Shown: piece after piece, positions 18,297-27,347 of the stretch
How the letters are laid out: every line of letters begins with the position of its first letter
Numbering within the stretch: the stretch's first letter is position 1
Virus record (IMG/VR): IMGVR_UViG_3300012948_000010
Coordinates: 1-36,012 of that record
Reading direction: 5' to 3' (one strand)
Origin: a virus
Taxonomy: Duplodnaviria; Caudoviricetes
Length of the DNA stretch: 36,012 nt
The notes under the pieces: model-generated
What the model saw: only the letters and a program-made list of their open reading frames with translations
What the model was told of the DNA's origin: nothing
Database searches by the model: none
Program-made: the position numbers and the translations under genes

Positions 18297-18355
18297 AGGA
18301 ACTTCCGCTGGAAATTCAGGAGAAGATTTACAGGCCAGGCGAAGACGGTAAATGA
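18059..18355 (+). CDS. -1 frameshift extension of tail chaperone (gpGT-like C-terminal part)
   Basis: ATA AAA AAA G at 18057-18066; -1 frame reads KKSLEFNQHERLIWAAMVR...LTEGQLLWI and ends in an ATGA overlap with the TMP start. Confidence 0.75.
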   Translation, partial: KKSLEFNQHERLIWAAMVRANAVSTLDFARLTEGQLLWIVLNQQLDLDERERNIHLGCLRKWRQRRCEVCGEPVGVPGVEELPLEIQEKIYRPGEDGK

Positions 18356-20514
18356 GCGACATACAACGCAACCTCGTAATCAATTTCATCGCCCGAGGAG
18401 CGGGGCAGGTTCGGGCGACCATTCAGGAAATCAATTCCGGCCTGCTGGGCATGAACCGGCAGATGACGGAAGGCTCTACTCGGACAGGGATTCTCACGCA
18501 ACAGCTTCGCTCGTTGGGAACGACTGTCCGCTACGCGCTTTCAGGCTTCGCCGTCTACGGCTTCATGGGAGCCGTACAGAACTTGCAAACGCTCCAGGAA
18601 AGCCTAGGCTCCATTGCGGCTATTGGTGAGACAATTCAAGGGACGCCGCTGCCCACGGATCAGCTAAACAAGATGCGGGACGACATCTTGCGAATTTCAA
18701 CCGACATTGCATCACCGGCAGAGGAGATTGCAAATTCAATCACCACGATCTACTCCTCGATGCAGGGGCTAAGTCCGCGTCAAGTTGAAAATCTGGCAAA
18801 GGTGTTCACTGTCCTGGAACGAACGACACGTACGGGAACGCCGCAGAATGTCCAGGAAGTCGGCACGGGCCTCCTGCGAACGTTGACGAGCTTTGGAATT
18901 CCAACCGGCAGGGCTCCACAAACCGCTAATCAGATTTTCAAATTCATCCAGCGATCCATCGGCGTCTCGGGCGAGCAGTTTGCACAATTCACGGCTCCGT
19001 CATTCCGTGGCGCTCAGCTTGCCGGTGTGAATTTTCCGCAATTCCTCGCGCTGTCCGTTCTCATGCAGCGAGGCGGCGGTACGTTTGCATTGAACCAGCG
19101 TTGGCTCGGTCAGCTTTTCCGTAACATCCGCAATCCGCCGAAGGGTGAGCAGAAGGGATTTTCAGCAATTGGGCTCACTCCCGAGACGCTTTCAACGATG
19201 TCGTTCAATCAAATTTTGCAAACGATCTTCGAGCAGCTTCGGCAGAAAGGTGGGGCGTTCCTCCCGCCGGGAGAAGCGGCCGGATTGCAACCGGGAGAAA
19301 TGCCGTCGATCAAAGGCCCTGCTGCACAGTGGCTCGGTCAACTCGTGCGTCGTGCGGAGACGAGAGGCGCAATCGTCACGCTATTTCAACAGTGGATGGG
19401 ACAAGGCCCGACTCGCCCCGGCTTTACCCAACTGAATCAGGAATTCATCAATGCCGGGAAAAATTCAAAAGCAATGGGCGATGCAATGAAGAGAAATCTG
19501 GAGCAAATCCCGATCACGAGAATTCAACAGTCGTGGCGAAACTTCTTCACATCCCTTCTCACCGAGAGCGATCCCGTTCTCAAGCGGTTTGCCGATCTTT
19601 CACAACACGCGACGGACTTCGCGCTCAAGGGCCATCGACATCGGCGTGAAATTCTCGGTGGTGCTGCGATTGCAGGAGGACTTCTCTTCGGTCGGCGCTT
19701 CCTCCCGAACGTAAGTCCGTTCCGGCTCTTCGGTGCAGGCAGCGCGGCGCTCTCGGCCGCACAGGCCATTGCATCCGGCGATCAGACGCGAGGAGCTTCC
19801 CCGCTGAATCCGGTCTGGGTTGCAATTTCATATCAGATGGGAGGCCCGAGAGGATTCGGCCCGCTTGGTCGAGATGCCGAGAAGGAAGCCGAAAGGCATC
19901 CGGGATTTTTCAGCCGAGCATTTGGATTTGCAAGAAGAACCGCCGGAAGAGTAGGCGGCGCGCTCGGCGGAATTACAATGCGGACACTCGGGCTCGGGCT
20001 GGGAACGACTGCCCTTGCAGTTGGCGACATAATTGCATTGCTTTCGACTCCAGGTGCGCAAGGCCCGATAACCGATCCCCGGCATCCGTTGTATTCGGCG
20101 CTCACAAAGAACCGCAGAGAATTTGGCCGTATTCTCGGCCCAGCTTCCGGAATCCGCAGCGCGGTCAGGCATGGGTTTATCAATCCCGAGCTTGGTCGAT
20201 CAGAGCTAATTGAAAACCGCATTTTCCGGGACTTGCGACGAGGTTTCATTAGCCCGGATACAGCCGAGCGGAGGTTGCGAGCCTTTGCAACATCTCGTCA
20301 GTTGAGCGCGGCCGGTGTAGATCGGCTACAGGTGTCCTGGAACCCGGATTCTGTCATGAAGATCGAGCTTACCGGGAAAGACTTGGAGGATTTGCAAAAG
20401 GGGAAGAAGGTTGGCAAGCCCGCAAAATTCAAGGGAGCTACATCCGACACGCTTTCACAATTCAGGTTCTCGTATCCGCTTAGTGGAGGTCAGCAGAAAG
20501 TGACGAGGAAATAA
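18352..20514 (+). CDS. Tape measure protein
   Basis: 720-aa helical protein after the chaperone with TP901-family-like core and Gly/Ala-rich hydrophobic C-terminal segments. Confidence 0.85.
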   Translation: MSDIQRNLVINFIARGAGQVRATIQEINSGLLGMNRQMTEGSTRTGILTQQLRSLGTTVRYALSGFAVYGFMGAVQNLQTLQESLGSIAAIGETIQGTPLPTDQLNKMRDDILRISTDIASPAEEIANSITTIYSSMQGLSPRQVENLAKVFTVLERTTRTGTPQNVQEVGTGLLRTLTSFGIPTGRAPQTANQIFKFIQRSIGVSGEQFAQFTAPSFRGAQLAGVNFPQFLALSVLMQRGGGTFALNQRWLGQLFRNIRNPPKGEQKGFSAIGLTPETLSTMSFNQILQTIFEQLRQKGGAFLPPGEAAGLQPGEMPSIKGPAAQWLGQLVRRAETRGAIVTLFQQWMGQGPTRPGFTQLNQEFINAGKNSKAMGDAMKRNLEQIPITRIQQSWRNFFTSLLTESDPVLKRFADLSQHATDFALKGHRHRREILGGAAIAGGLLFGRRFLPNVSPFRLFGAGSAALSAAQAIASGDQTRGASPLNPVWVAISYQMGGPRGFGPLGRDAEKEAERHPGFFSRAFGFARRTAGRVGGALGGITMRTLGLGLGTTALAVGDIIALLSTPGAQGPITDPRHPLYSALTKNRREFGRILGPASGIRSAVRHGFINPELGRSELIENRIFRDLRRGFISPDTAERRLRAFATSRQLSAAGVDRLQVSWNPDSVMKIELTGKDLEDLQKGKKVGKPAKFKGATSDTLSQFRFSYPLSGGQQKVTRK

Positions 20515-21380
20515 TGGCTGACGCTGGTGGAGGGCTCGGCCCAACTGTTGAAAAGCCACCGACTGTCGTTCGCATTGGCGCTGGCTCGCCGCCTGGAATC
20601 TTTGGCTATGGCAAGGACGATGCCGGTTACGTCATTGACACGTCACGCTTTGAGCGCCCGTCAATTCACAACAAGAACGTTGATGACGGTGACTCGCATT
20701 TGCGATTTGAATTTCCGCTCGGCGTGGAGGGGTTTGAATGGAACGGTTCGCAAGGTCAGGCGATTCACCATTACGTCGGTGACAACGCAGCCATAGTAGA
20801 GGTAATGCACCTGGACGATCACCGAATCAATCTGAGCGGTGTCCTTCCAGGTAGAACCGCAATTGTCAATATGCGAAAATGCCGCAAGGTCTTGACTTCG
20901 GTTCCTCCTGTTCACCCGGCCAAGGACAAGTCGGCTTATGGACTTGAATTGTGGTTGCCTGCTTCAATGGTGGGCAAGCACGAGGACAACAATCCCTATC
21001 AGGTCTTCGTTGCCGATTACAGTTTCAATCACCAGGAAGGCGACCGGACTGGAAGCATTGCCTATACCATCAATTTCATTCACGTCGGGACGAGGGAGAA
21101 GATCGACCTTCCCAAGCCGGGAAGGCGACCGCCGCCTCCAAATCCAAAGGGGAAGAAAATCAAAAAGAGCCATCGCACGTTCACGGTCAAAGTGGGATAT
21201 CGAACGCTAAAAACAATTGCCAAAAAGGTCTATGGTGATGCAAATAAATGGCATCGCATCTATGACAAAAACCACTACGTCATTGCATCGGGAGTTGCAT
21301 TTGGCGGGTTGGCTCAGCCTCCCCCGCCGAACAAGATTCCAACGACTCAGATGATGCTCGGGCTCGTGCTCAATGTGTAG
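20514..21380 (+). CDS. Tail tube initiator/baseplate protein with C-terminal LysM-like domain
   Basis: RTLKTIAKKVYGDANKWHRIYDKN LysM-like motif after a Pro/Lys linker; follows TMP. Confidence 0.75.
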   Translation: MADAGGGLGPTVEKPPTVVRIGAGSPPGIFGYGKDDAGYVIDTSRFERPSIHNKNVDDGDSHLRFEFPLGVEGFEWNGSQGQAIHHYVGDNAAIVEVMHLDDHRINLSGVLPGRTAIVNMRKCRKVLTSVPPVHPAKDKSAYGLELWLPASMVGKHEDNNPYQVFVADYSFNHQEGDRTGSIAYTINFIHVGTREKIDLPKPGRRPPPPNPKGKKIKKSHRTFTVKVGYRTLKTIAKKVYGDANKWHRIYDKNHYVIASGVAFGGLAQPPPPNKIPTTQMMLGLVLNV

Positions 21381-21389
21381 GAGGTTGAA

Positions 21390-21596
21390 ATGGCAATTGT
21401 TGTCAAGCGTCCGATCAAATCCAAAAAGGCAAGAATGTATACGATGATTGCTCGTGAATATGAAATCTGGCTCCTTCGTCAAATGCAGCGAGGCAAGAAG
21501 CCTAGTAGAACCGTGCGCATGAGGCGATTCGATCAGATCAGCGATTTGTATTTGTCCGGAGGGATGGATGCAGGCGTACGCAGTAATTACAACTAA
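21390..21596 (+). CDS. Small basic hypothetical protein
   Basis: AGGAGG RBS; fills the gap between the LysM gene and the hub. Confidence 0.55.
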   Translation: MAIVVKRPIKSKKARMYTMIAREYEIWLLRQMQRGKKPSRTVRMRRFDQISDLYLSGGMDAGVRSNYN

Positions 21597-23865
21597 GTGG
21601 AATAAGGCAGGCTACAAAGCCCTGTCCGTCGATAGGGTCATCTCTTTCGACGTAGATAGCGCGATGGATACGGACGCGGATCAGTGGACGTGCCAGCTTG
21701 GCGATCCATTCAACGACATCAAGGAGGTTTTGAAAAGGGATAACGAGGTACGGGTTGACTTGGTGCTCGTCCAGGGTGGGAAAATCCGAACGCTTCATCG
21801 CGGTTATGCCGATACCGTGTCCAAGAACGAAGAAGGCATAATTGAAATGGTTGGCCGGGATATTACGGCTCCGGCCGTGGATGCGACTGCATTGCCTTTC
21901 ATGCATACCAACGTCCGCATCGACCAAATGATCCATAAGGAATCTCGCGCACTTGGCATGGCAGCAAACTTGAAATTGCTCAAGCACCAGCGAGTCAAGA
22001 AATTCTACACGGATGGCACCGAGACGTATTGGGAGAAGTGGTATCGGTTCTACCGGAAATTTGCAAAGGCATATATCTGGGCCGAGCCCGACGGAACGAT
22101 CTATGCCGACCGGCTGAGCTATCACAATCAACCAACATATTACTTCGGCCAGCCTCGAGTTTTCAAAGGACATCAACGGCAATGGATTCCGGTCGAGCAA
22201 ATGGAGTGGAACAAAAACACGCAAACCCGTGTCGGAGAGCAATGGGTCAGTTGGCAGAAAGGAAATACAGGTTCCTACGTTCGTGAGCGCGATCCAAGCA
22301 TTCGCCTTTGGTCGAAAAAGCCGGTGAAATTTGTTACGTCCAAGCAGGCTAGAAATGAAAAACAGGCTCGGGCCGAAGCCTGGGAGGAAATCTTCGAGGG
22401 TAAAGTCGGATCGCTTGAAATCAAGATCACCTGTTTCGATCCCGGCTTTCTCATTCGGCAGAACCGCATTGCTGTTGTCAACCTTCCAAAGCTCGGGCTT
22501 GTGGGGACGTTCTACATCGTCGGTGTCCGGCATGTTGTCAGCCCCGATGGTCTATTTCAAGAGGTTCGGCTGAGAGAGCGCGGCTTCGCCCTGACCAAGC
22601 GAGTGCCTGACGATCCTCAGTTGCAATCTCCTGACCACGAGCCCGCCGCAGGAACCGATGCCGTCCTGTCCGATGAGCTAACCGGCATCCGCTGGGCCGA
22701 CTGCTTTGTCAAAGCGGCGCATACGTGGCACAAGCAATATGGATTTCAAGTTTTCCTTTCGGTGCTTCTCGGTATTGCCAAGCATGAAGAGGCGTTCAGA
22801 AACGGAGCCGAAGAAGCGTACGACCACAACCACAATTACGTGGGCGGAAAAGACTGGCACATGCCACCTTCGGTATTTCAAAAGGAGCAGTACGACAAGT
22901 GGCGCTGGATGTATGCGGACGGCCCACGCGACAATCACAATCCATTTTCTCCGGCTGCCGGACTTTCAACAGCGCGTCCGGGAGCACCAGAACGCGGAGT
23001 CGGCCCAATGCAGTTGACGGATGCAAGCTTGAAGCAGGAAGCTGACCGATATGCGGTGAAACACAAATTGAAATTGCCCGGTACTAGTATTAGCCCTAAC
23101 AATAATAATTCATATACCGGCGGTCGTTGGTGCCCTTGCGCAAACATCTGGGTCGCGGCACATTCGCTTTACAATCGCAATCCACATGCGAAGGGAACGG
23201 AAGCGGATTTGCGAGACGCTATTTGGTCATATGCCGGTAGATCAAAAACAGGACTGGCAAATGCAAATTCAATCTGGAAAATGGCGCAGGACTTCCTTCC
23301 AACAATCCAGGCTGCGGCCAAGGCAAGCAAGAAAAGCAAATCGCCTGCCGACGCCTCGGAGCCCGGTGGGCATGGGGGTACGCAATACTACTTTGACTTT
23401 TACGTCGGCCACCAATTCCTTGGCCCGGATCAAGGACTTGACTTTGCCGTCAGTGAAGGCGATCCCGTCTATGCCCACGGCCGAGCCAAAATTCTCTACG
23501 TTGCTCGTAACGTCTGGCCCAACGGCGGGGTTTACATTGCTTACAAACTTCTCGATGGGCCGTATGCGGGCTGGAGCATCTACGTGGCCGAGATGATAAA
23601 GAATATTCAAGTAGCTCCTGGGAAAATCGTCCAAAAGGGCCAGCTAATTGCCCGCTTCCGTAGCGGCTCGATGGAAACGGGCTGGCATTCAGGAGGCATC
23701 AACGATAGCCCAAAATGCCGACTTGCATTTTATACTCCGGTCGGCGGAATGTACGGCGGTAGAGGTAGTGGCTCGACGTGCAGCGACAGCTTCGCCCGCT
23801 TCTTGAATAAGACGCACAAGCAGGGGCAAAAGGACTGGCCGGTCGTGAGGGGGTCGAAGCGGTAA
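21568..23865 (+). CDS. Baseplate hub (Mu gp44-like) fused to lysozyme-like and M23-like domains
   Basis: N-half hub pattern (GRDITAPAVD, IWAEPDGTI); middle IAKHEE...GVGPMQLT...NIWVAA...AIWSY; C-terminal DQGLDF...PVYA...VQKGQLIA. Confidence 0.75.
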   Translation: MQAYAVITTKWNKAGYKALSVDRVISFDVDSAMDTDADQWTCQLGDPFNDIKEVLKRDNEVRVDLVLVQGGKIRTLHRGYADTVSKNEEGIIEMVGRDITAPAVDATALPFMHTNVRIDQMIHKESRALGMAANLKLLKHQRVKKFYTDGTETYWEKWYRFYRKFAKAYIWAEPDGTIYADRLSYHNQPTYYFGQPRVFKGHQRQWIPVEQMEWNKNTQTRVGEQWVSWQKGNTGSYVRERDPSIRLWSKKPVKFVTSKQARNEKQARAEAWEEIFEGKVGSLEIKITCFDPGFLIRQNRIAVVNLPKLGLVGTFYIVGVRHVVSPDGLFQEVRLRERGFALTKRVPDDPQLQSPDHEPAAGTDAVLSDELTGIRWADCFVKAAHTWHKQYGFQVFLSVLLGIAKHEEAFRNGAEEAYDHNHNYVGGKDWHMPPSVFQKEQYDKWRWMYADGPRDNHNPFSPAAGLSTARPGAPERGVGPMQLTDASLKQEADRYAVKHKLKLPGTSISPNNNNSYTGGRWCPCANIWVAAHSLYNRNPHAKGTEADLRDAIWSYAGRSKTGLANANSIWKMAQDFLPTIQAAAKASKKSKSPADASEPGGHGGTQYYFDFYVGHQFLGPDQGLDFAVSEGDPVYAHGRAKILYVARNVWPNGGVYIAYKLLDGPYAGWSIYVAEMIKNIQVAPGKIVQKGQLIARFRSGSMETGWHSGGINDSPKCRLAFYTPVGGMYGGRGSGSTCSDSFARFLNKTHKQGQKDWPVVRGSKR

Positions 23866-24215
23866 TGCCACTGACGCATGAAGATTTCGGGATGGTCTAC
23901 CAGGCTATCGACAGCCATGTCAAAAAGTCAACTCAGTTTTTCATTCAGAGTCCCGTGACTCGCCGTGACGTTGACCGCAAGCTCATCTGGGTCGAGGAAC
24001 TAGGGCCGCAGTCAATTCCCCTCATCGGGTTTACAGGAACGGCCAAGGTATACGACGAGGGAGCCAACGGCGAAGTGCGGTTGAAAAGAATCAAGGTGGA
24101 GCCTGACGTTCCCCAGGTAGGCGAGCAAGTCCTGATTGCCTTGCACTTGGGGCAGCGTGGACTTCCCAAGGCGCTCGGAGTAATTCAATCTACGATGCTG
24201 GACGAGGAGGATTAG
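23865..24215 (+). CDS. Putative short baseplate spike protein (OB-fold part)
   Basis: PQVGEQVLI motif; position between hub and wedge. Confidence 0.55.
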   Translation: MPLTHEDFGMVYQAIDSHVKKSTQFFIQSPVTRRDVDRKLIWVEELGPQSIPLIGFTGTAKVYDEGANGEVRLKRIKVEPDVPQVGEQVLIALHLGQRGLPKALGVIQSTMLDEED

Positions 24216-24667
24216 TGCCGGTTGATTTTGCAATGACCGATCACGGCGATTGGCTTTTCAACTCCAGCGGGGATTTGCAGGCCATCGAAGGTGCGGGCCT
24301 TATTCGTCAACGCATCGTCACCCGTTTGAAAATCCCGAGAGGGACGTGGATTTTTGACGACACCGGCAACCTCGGAAGTGACCTGGCCCTGGCAGTAAAC
24401 CAGCCAACGATTGAAAAGGCTGCCGAGGCAGCAAAAGGTCATATCGGCAAGGCGCTCATGCCGATGTACGACGTGAATGTGATTGACATTCAGATGATGA
24501 AAACCGATGAAACGACGAACCGATCTATGCAAGCGGTTATTCGGTTTACGGCCACGGAACCGCCCGATATCAACATTCCTGTCGATGAAGCTGACCTGGA
24601 TGAAATCGAGTTGGCCGAAGGCATCGGCGTTGATCCTGGTGAATACGTAATCACCGTTCAAGTCTAG
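24215..24667 (+). CDS. Baseplate wedge protein (gpW/gp25-like)
   Basis: GDLQAIEG...IRQRIVTRLKIPRGTWIF...LGSDL pattern. Confidence 0.8.
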   Translation: MPVDFAMTDHGDWLFNSSGDLQAIEGAGLIRQRIVTRLKIPRGTWIFDDTGNLGSDLALAVNQPTIEKAAEAAKGHIGKALMPMYDVNVIDIQMMKTDETTNRSMQAVIRFTATEPPDINIPVDEADLDEIELAEGIGVDPGEYVITVQV

Positions 24668-24675
24668 GAGTTTCA

Positions 24676-26109
24676 ATGGCGCTCCCATTTGATCCACAGG
24701 CACTTTACATGAATCGAGATGACATTATCAATGTCATGATCGAGGAAATGCAAAGCCGTATTCCGGATGTGTATGTGGGCGACGACGGAAATCTCTACAT
24801 GCTTTTTCAAGTAATGGCGAGCGCAATGGAAAACCTCTACATCGCCCAGTCGTTTCTCGGATCGGACATTTTCCTCCAGACGGCCAACCAAGATGCACTT
24901 GAAAAGTACGGCGATCAATACAACATCCCACTCAAACCAGGAACACCCTCTGTTGGCAACTTGAAATTCTTTGGTGCAGGCGGGACGTTCATTCCGATGA
25001 CTTCAAGTGCGGCTTACGATATCGGGACTGGGCTCGATCCGATCTACTTCACTACGACTGTAGATGCCACTATCCCCAGTCCTGGGATTCCGACGGCTCC
25101 TACGGCCACTGATCGCGTCCTGGGAGGCAACCTGACCGGCCTCATGGAGTACGTGGTGACATTTCTGACGGCGGGAGGAGAAACCGCTCCGAGCGCGCAC
25201 AGTAACGCGCTCAATGTCAACACGTCTCAGATTCGGCTAACAGCACTTCCACTCGGCGGCACAGGTACAACGGGACGACGGATTTACCGAATGAAAAACG
25301 GCGGGCCTTTGCAATTGGTTACGACGATCAATGACAATACAACCGTCCTGTTCGATGACAACGTAACCGATGGCGCGCTCGGTGGAGCGCCGCCTGCTGT
25401 AAGTACAGCCGAGTCAATCCTTGTCGCGGCAGCGGGTGAGTCCTACGGGATTATCTACAACGTTGGGCCGGGTGTCATCAATGAAATTTCAGACGTTCCC
25501 AGCGGTGTCAACTCCGTGACGAACCCCGCCGGGTTTACCGGAGGAAGTGAGCCTGAGGACTGGGATGATTTCAGGGCTCGATTGCTCGGAGCCCTACGTG
25601 CTCCCAGCACAGGCTCGCCTAATGATTTGATTTCCTGGGCGATGATCCACAACGAAGTCGATACGGCAGTTGCATTTCCGAATAACAACATGGGCGTGGC
25701 GGCAAACGGTCATGTCACGATACGAGTCTCCGGGCCGGATGGTGCGATTGTCGATCCGGCCATCATCACTGAAATTCAAGATGACCTACAGGCGCTCGAC
25801 GTGGCAAACATGATCGTTCACGTTACCGGGTTTACTGGAATTTCAACCGCCGTCTCCGTGACAATCACACTGGATACGAGCGTGGCCGATATGGTCTACA
25901 CGGTTGCCGATCTTACGCCGTCGATCCAGCAGGCAATTTCAGATTATGTGAATGCGCTTCCGGTCGGTGCGTCAATCAGACCGAACGGAATTATTGACGC
26001 GGTATTTGGATTGCCCGGCGTGGCCGACCTGACCGTCACGGCTCCGAGCGGTGTCCTCTCGACCGCGCCTGATAGCAAGCGACTTCCTGGGACAATCACC
26101 GTGTCATGA
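24676..26109 (+). CDS. Baseplate J-like protein with inserted beta domain
   Basis: IFLQTANQDALEKYG, VTNPAGFTGGSEPEDWDDFRARL, GSPNDL, LPGVAD motifs. Confidence 0.9.
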   Translation: MALPFDPQALYMNRDDIINVMIEEMQSRIPDVYVGDDGNLYMLFQVMASAMENLYIAQSFLGSDIFLQTANQDALEKYGDQYNIPLKPGTPSVGNLKFFGAGGTFIPMTSSAAYDIGTGLDPIYFTTTVDATIPSPGIPTAPTATDRVLGGNLTGLMEYVVTFLTAGGETAPSAHSNALNVNTSQIRLTALPLGGTGTTGRRIYRMKNGGPLQLVTTINDNTTVLFDDNVTDGALGGAPPAVSTAESILVAAAGESYGIIYNVGPGVINEISDVPSGVNSVTNPAGFTGGSEPEDWDDFRARLLGALRAPSTGSPNDLISWAMIHNEVDTAVAFPNNNMGVAANGHVTIRVSGPDGAIVDPAIITEIQDDLQALDVANMIVHVTGFTGISTAVSVTITLDTSVADMVYTVADLTPSIQQAISDYVNALPVGASIRPNGIIDAVFGLPGVADLTVTAPSGVLSTAPDSKRLPGTITVS

Positions 26110-27347
26110 CGCTTCCTGCTGAACAGCCACTCACCGATTTTGAAAAAGTATTCATCGAGGAATCCCCTCATGGCCTCTGGCCTGAAAATCAGGATTCCTA
26201 TTTCGGTCAGCTTCGTTATGTGCTCACGATGCCGCTACAGACGTTGGCGGATCAAATCGGGGCAATGTATACGGAGATGTTCGTCGCAAGCTCGACGGAC
26301 TGGCTTACCCGCTGGGAGCAGAACTTTGGAATTCCTGCACTTATTCCAACGCCGTCCAATCAGCTACGACGAAACCGCATTCTCACTCACATTCGTAAGG
26401 GCGCGTTTACAAGAACGACGCGGAAGGCGATTATTGAAAACTACATCTACGCCTCGCAGGGAATCGGTGTGCCAACCTCGATTCTCCCGGATGGCATCGA
26501 CCTTAGTTCCGGAGCAGGAGTCACACTCTACGGGGAGTCGGTACCTGCCGACATTTCAAATCTGTATTCGATCAACGAAGACCTGGCGAACTTCGCTTAC
26601 CGAGTAAATGTCGATCCATCGCTTACTCCGGATTTTCAAGCGATCAGCCGTGAGCTTTCCCATTTCACCCCGGCTGGAATTACATTCACAATCACTCAGT
26701 ATACGAACAACAAATACGACGATGCACTCATGGACTTGCTGCCAATTTCATACTGGCGGCTTACCGAAACCGCCGGGCCGACTGCCTTTGACGAGACGAA
26801 CCGAAATCCAGGAACGTATACCGGAGGAATCACCTATTCCCAGACCGGCCCGACGACGAGTGTTTCTCCGAACCGTGCCGTCCTTCTCAATGGCACGACG
26901 GGCTACATTACAATTCCGGATTCGGCCTCGCTCGATCCCGGTGACACGTTTACAATCATCGCTTGGATCAAAACCAACTCGGGCGCAACCAATGGGGTCG
27001 TATCGAAACGCAACGCAGGTTACTCGATGACTTATGGCCGCACGGCGGGGAGAATTGCAATTGAAAAGGAAGGAACGGCAGTCATCTCGACGGCGACGAA
27101 TACTGTCAATGACAACGCCTGGCACATGGCTGTCTGGACGAAGGCCGGGGCAACGAACAAGATTTACATTGACAATGTGGATCGTACGGGAACGGTGACG
27201 AATCAAACTATCGCTGCAACGACGGGAGCAGTTGAATTGGGGAGGCTGGACGGTACAAATTATTTCAACGGTTCGCTCGACCGCATTGCACTCTTCGACT
27301 ATGCGTTGTCTCCCGCCCAGATTTCAACGCTCTGGAATGCCAAGTGA
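26106..27347 (+). CDS. Baseplate gpI/YmfQ-like protein fused to LamG domain
   Basis: WLTRWEQNFGI and FTPAGI motifs; C-terminal SYWRLTE...FNGSLDRIALFDYALS. Confidence 0.8.
   Translation: MTLPAEQPLTDFEKVFIEESPHGLWPENQDSYFGQLRYVLTMPLQTLADQIGAMYTEMFVASSTDWLTRWEQNFGIPALIPTPSNQLRRNRILTHIRKGAFTRTTRKAIIENYIYASQGIGVPTSILPDGIDLSSGAGVTLYGESVPADISNLYSINEDLANFAYRVNVDPSLTPDFQAISRELSHFTPAGITFTITQYTNNKYDDALMDLLPISYWRLTETAGPTAFDETNRNPGTYTGGITYSQTGPTTSVSPNRAVLLNGTTGYITIPDSASLDPGDTFTIIAWIKTNSGATNGVVSKRNAGYSMTYGRTAGRIAIEKEGTAVISTATNTVNDNAWHMAVWTKAGATNKIYIDNVDRTGTVTNQTIAATTGAVELGRLDGTNYFNGSLDRIALFDYALSPAQISTLWNAK

Noticed and set aside
15717-27347. Tailocin or extracellular contractile injection system
   Set aside because: Terminase, portal, protease and capsid genes are in the same operon, indicating a complete phage.
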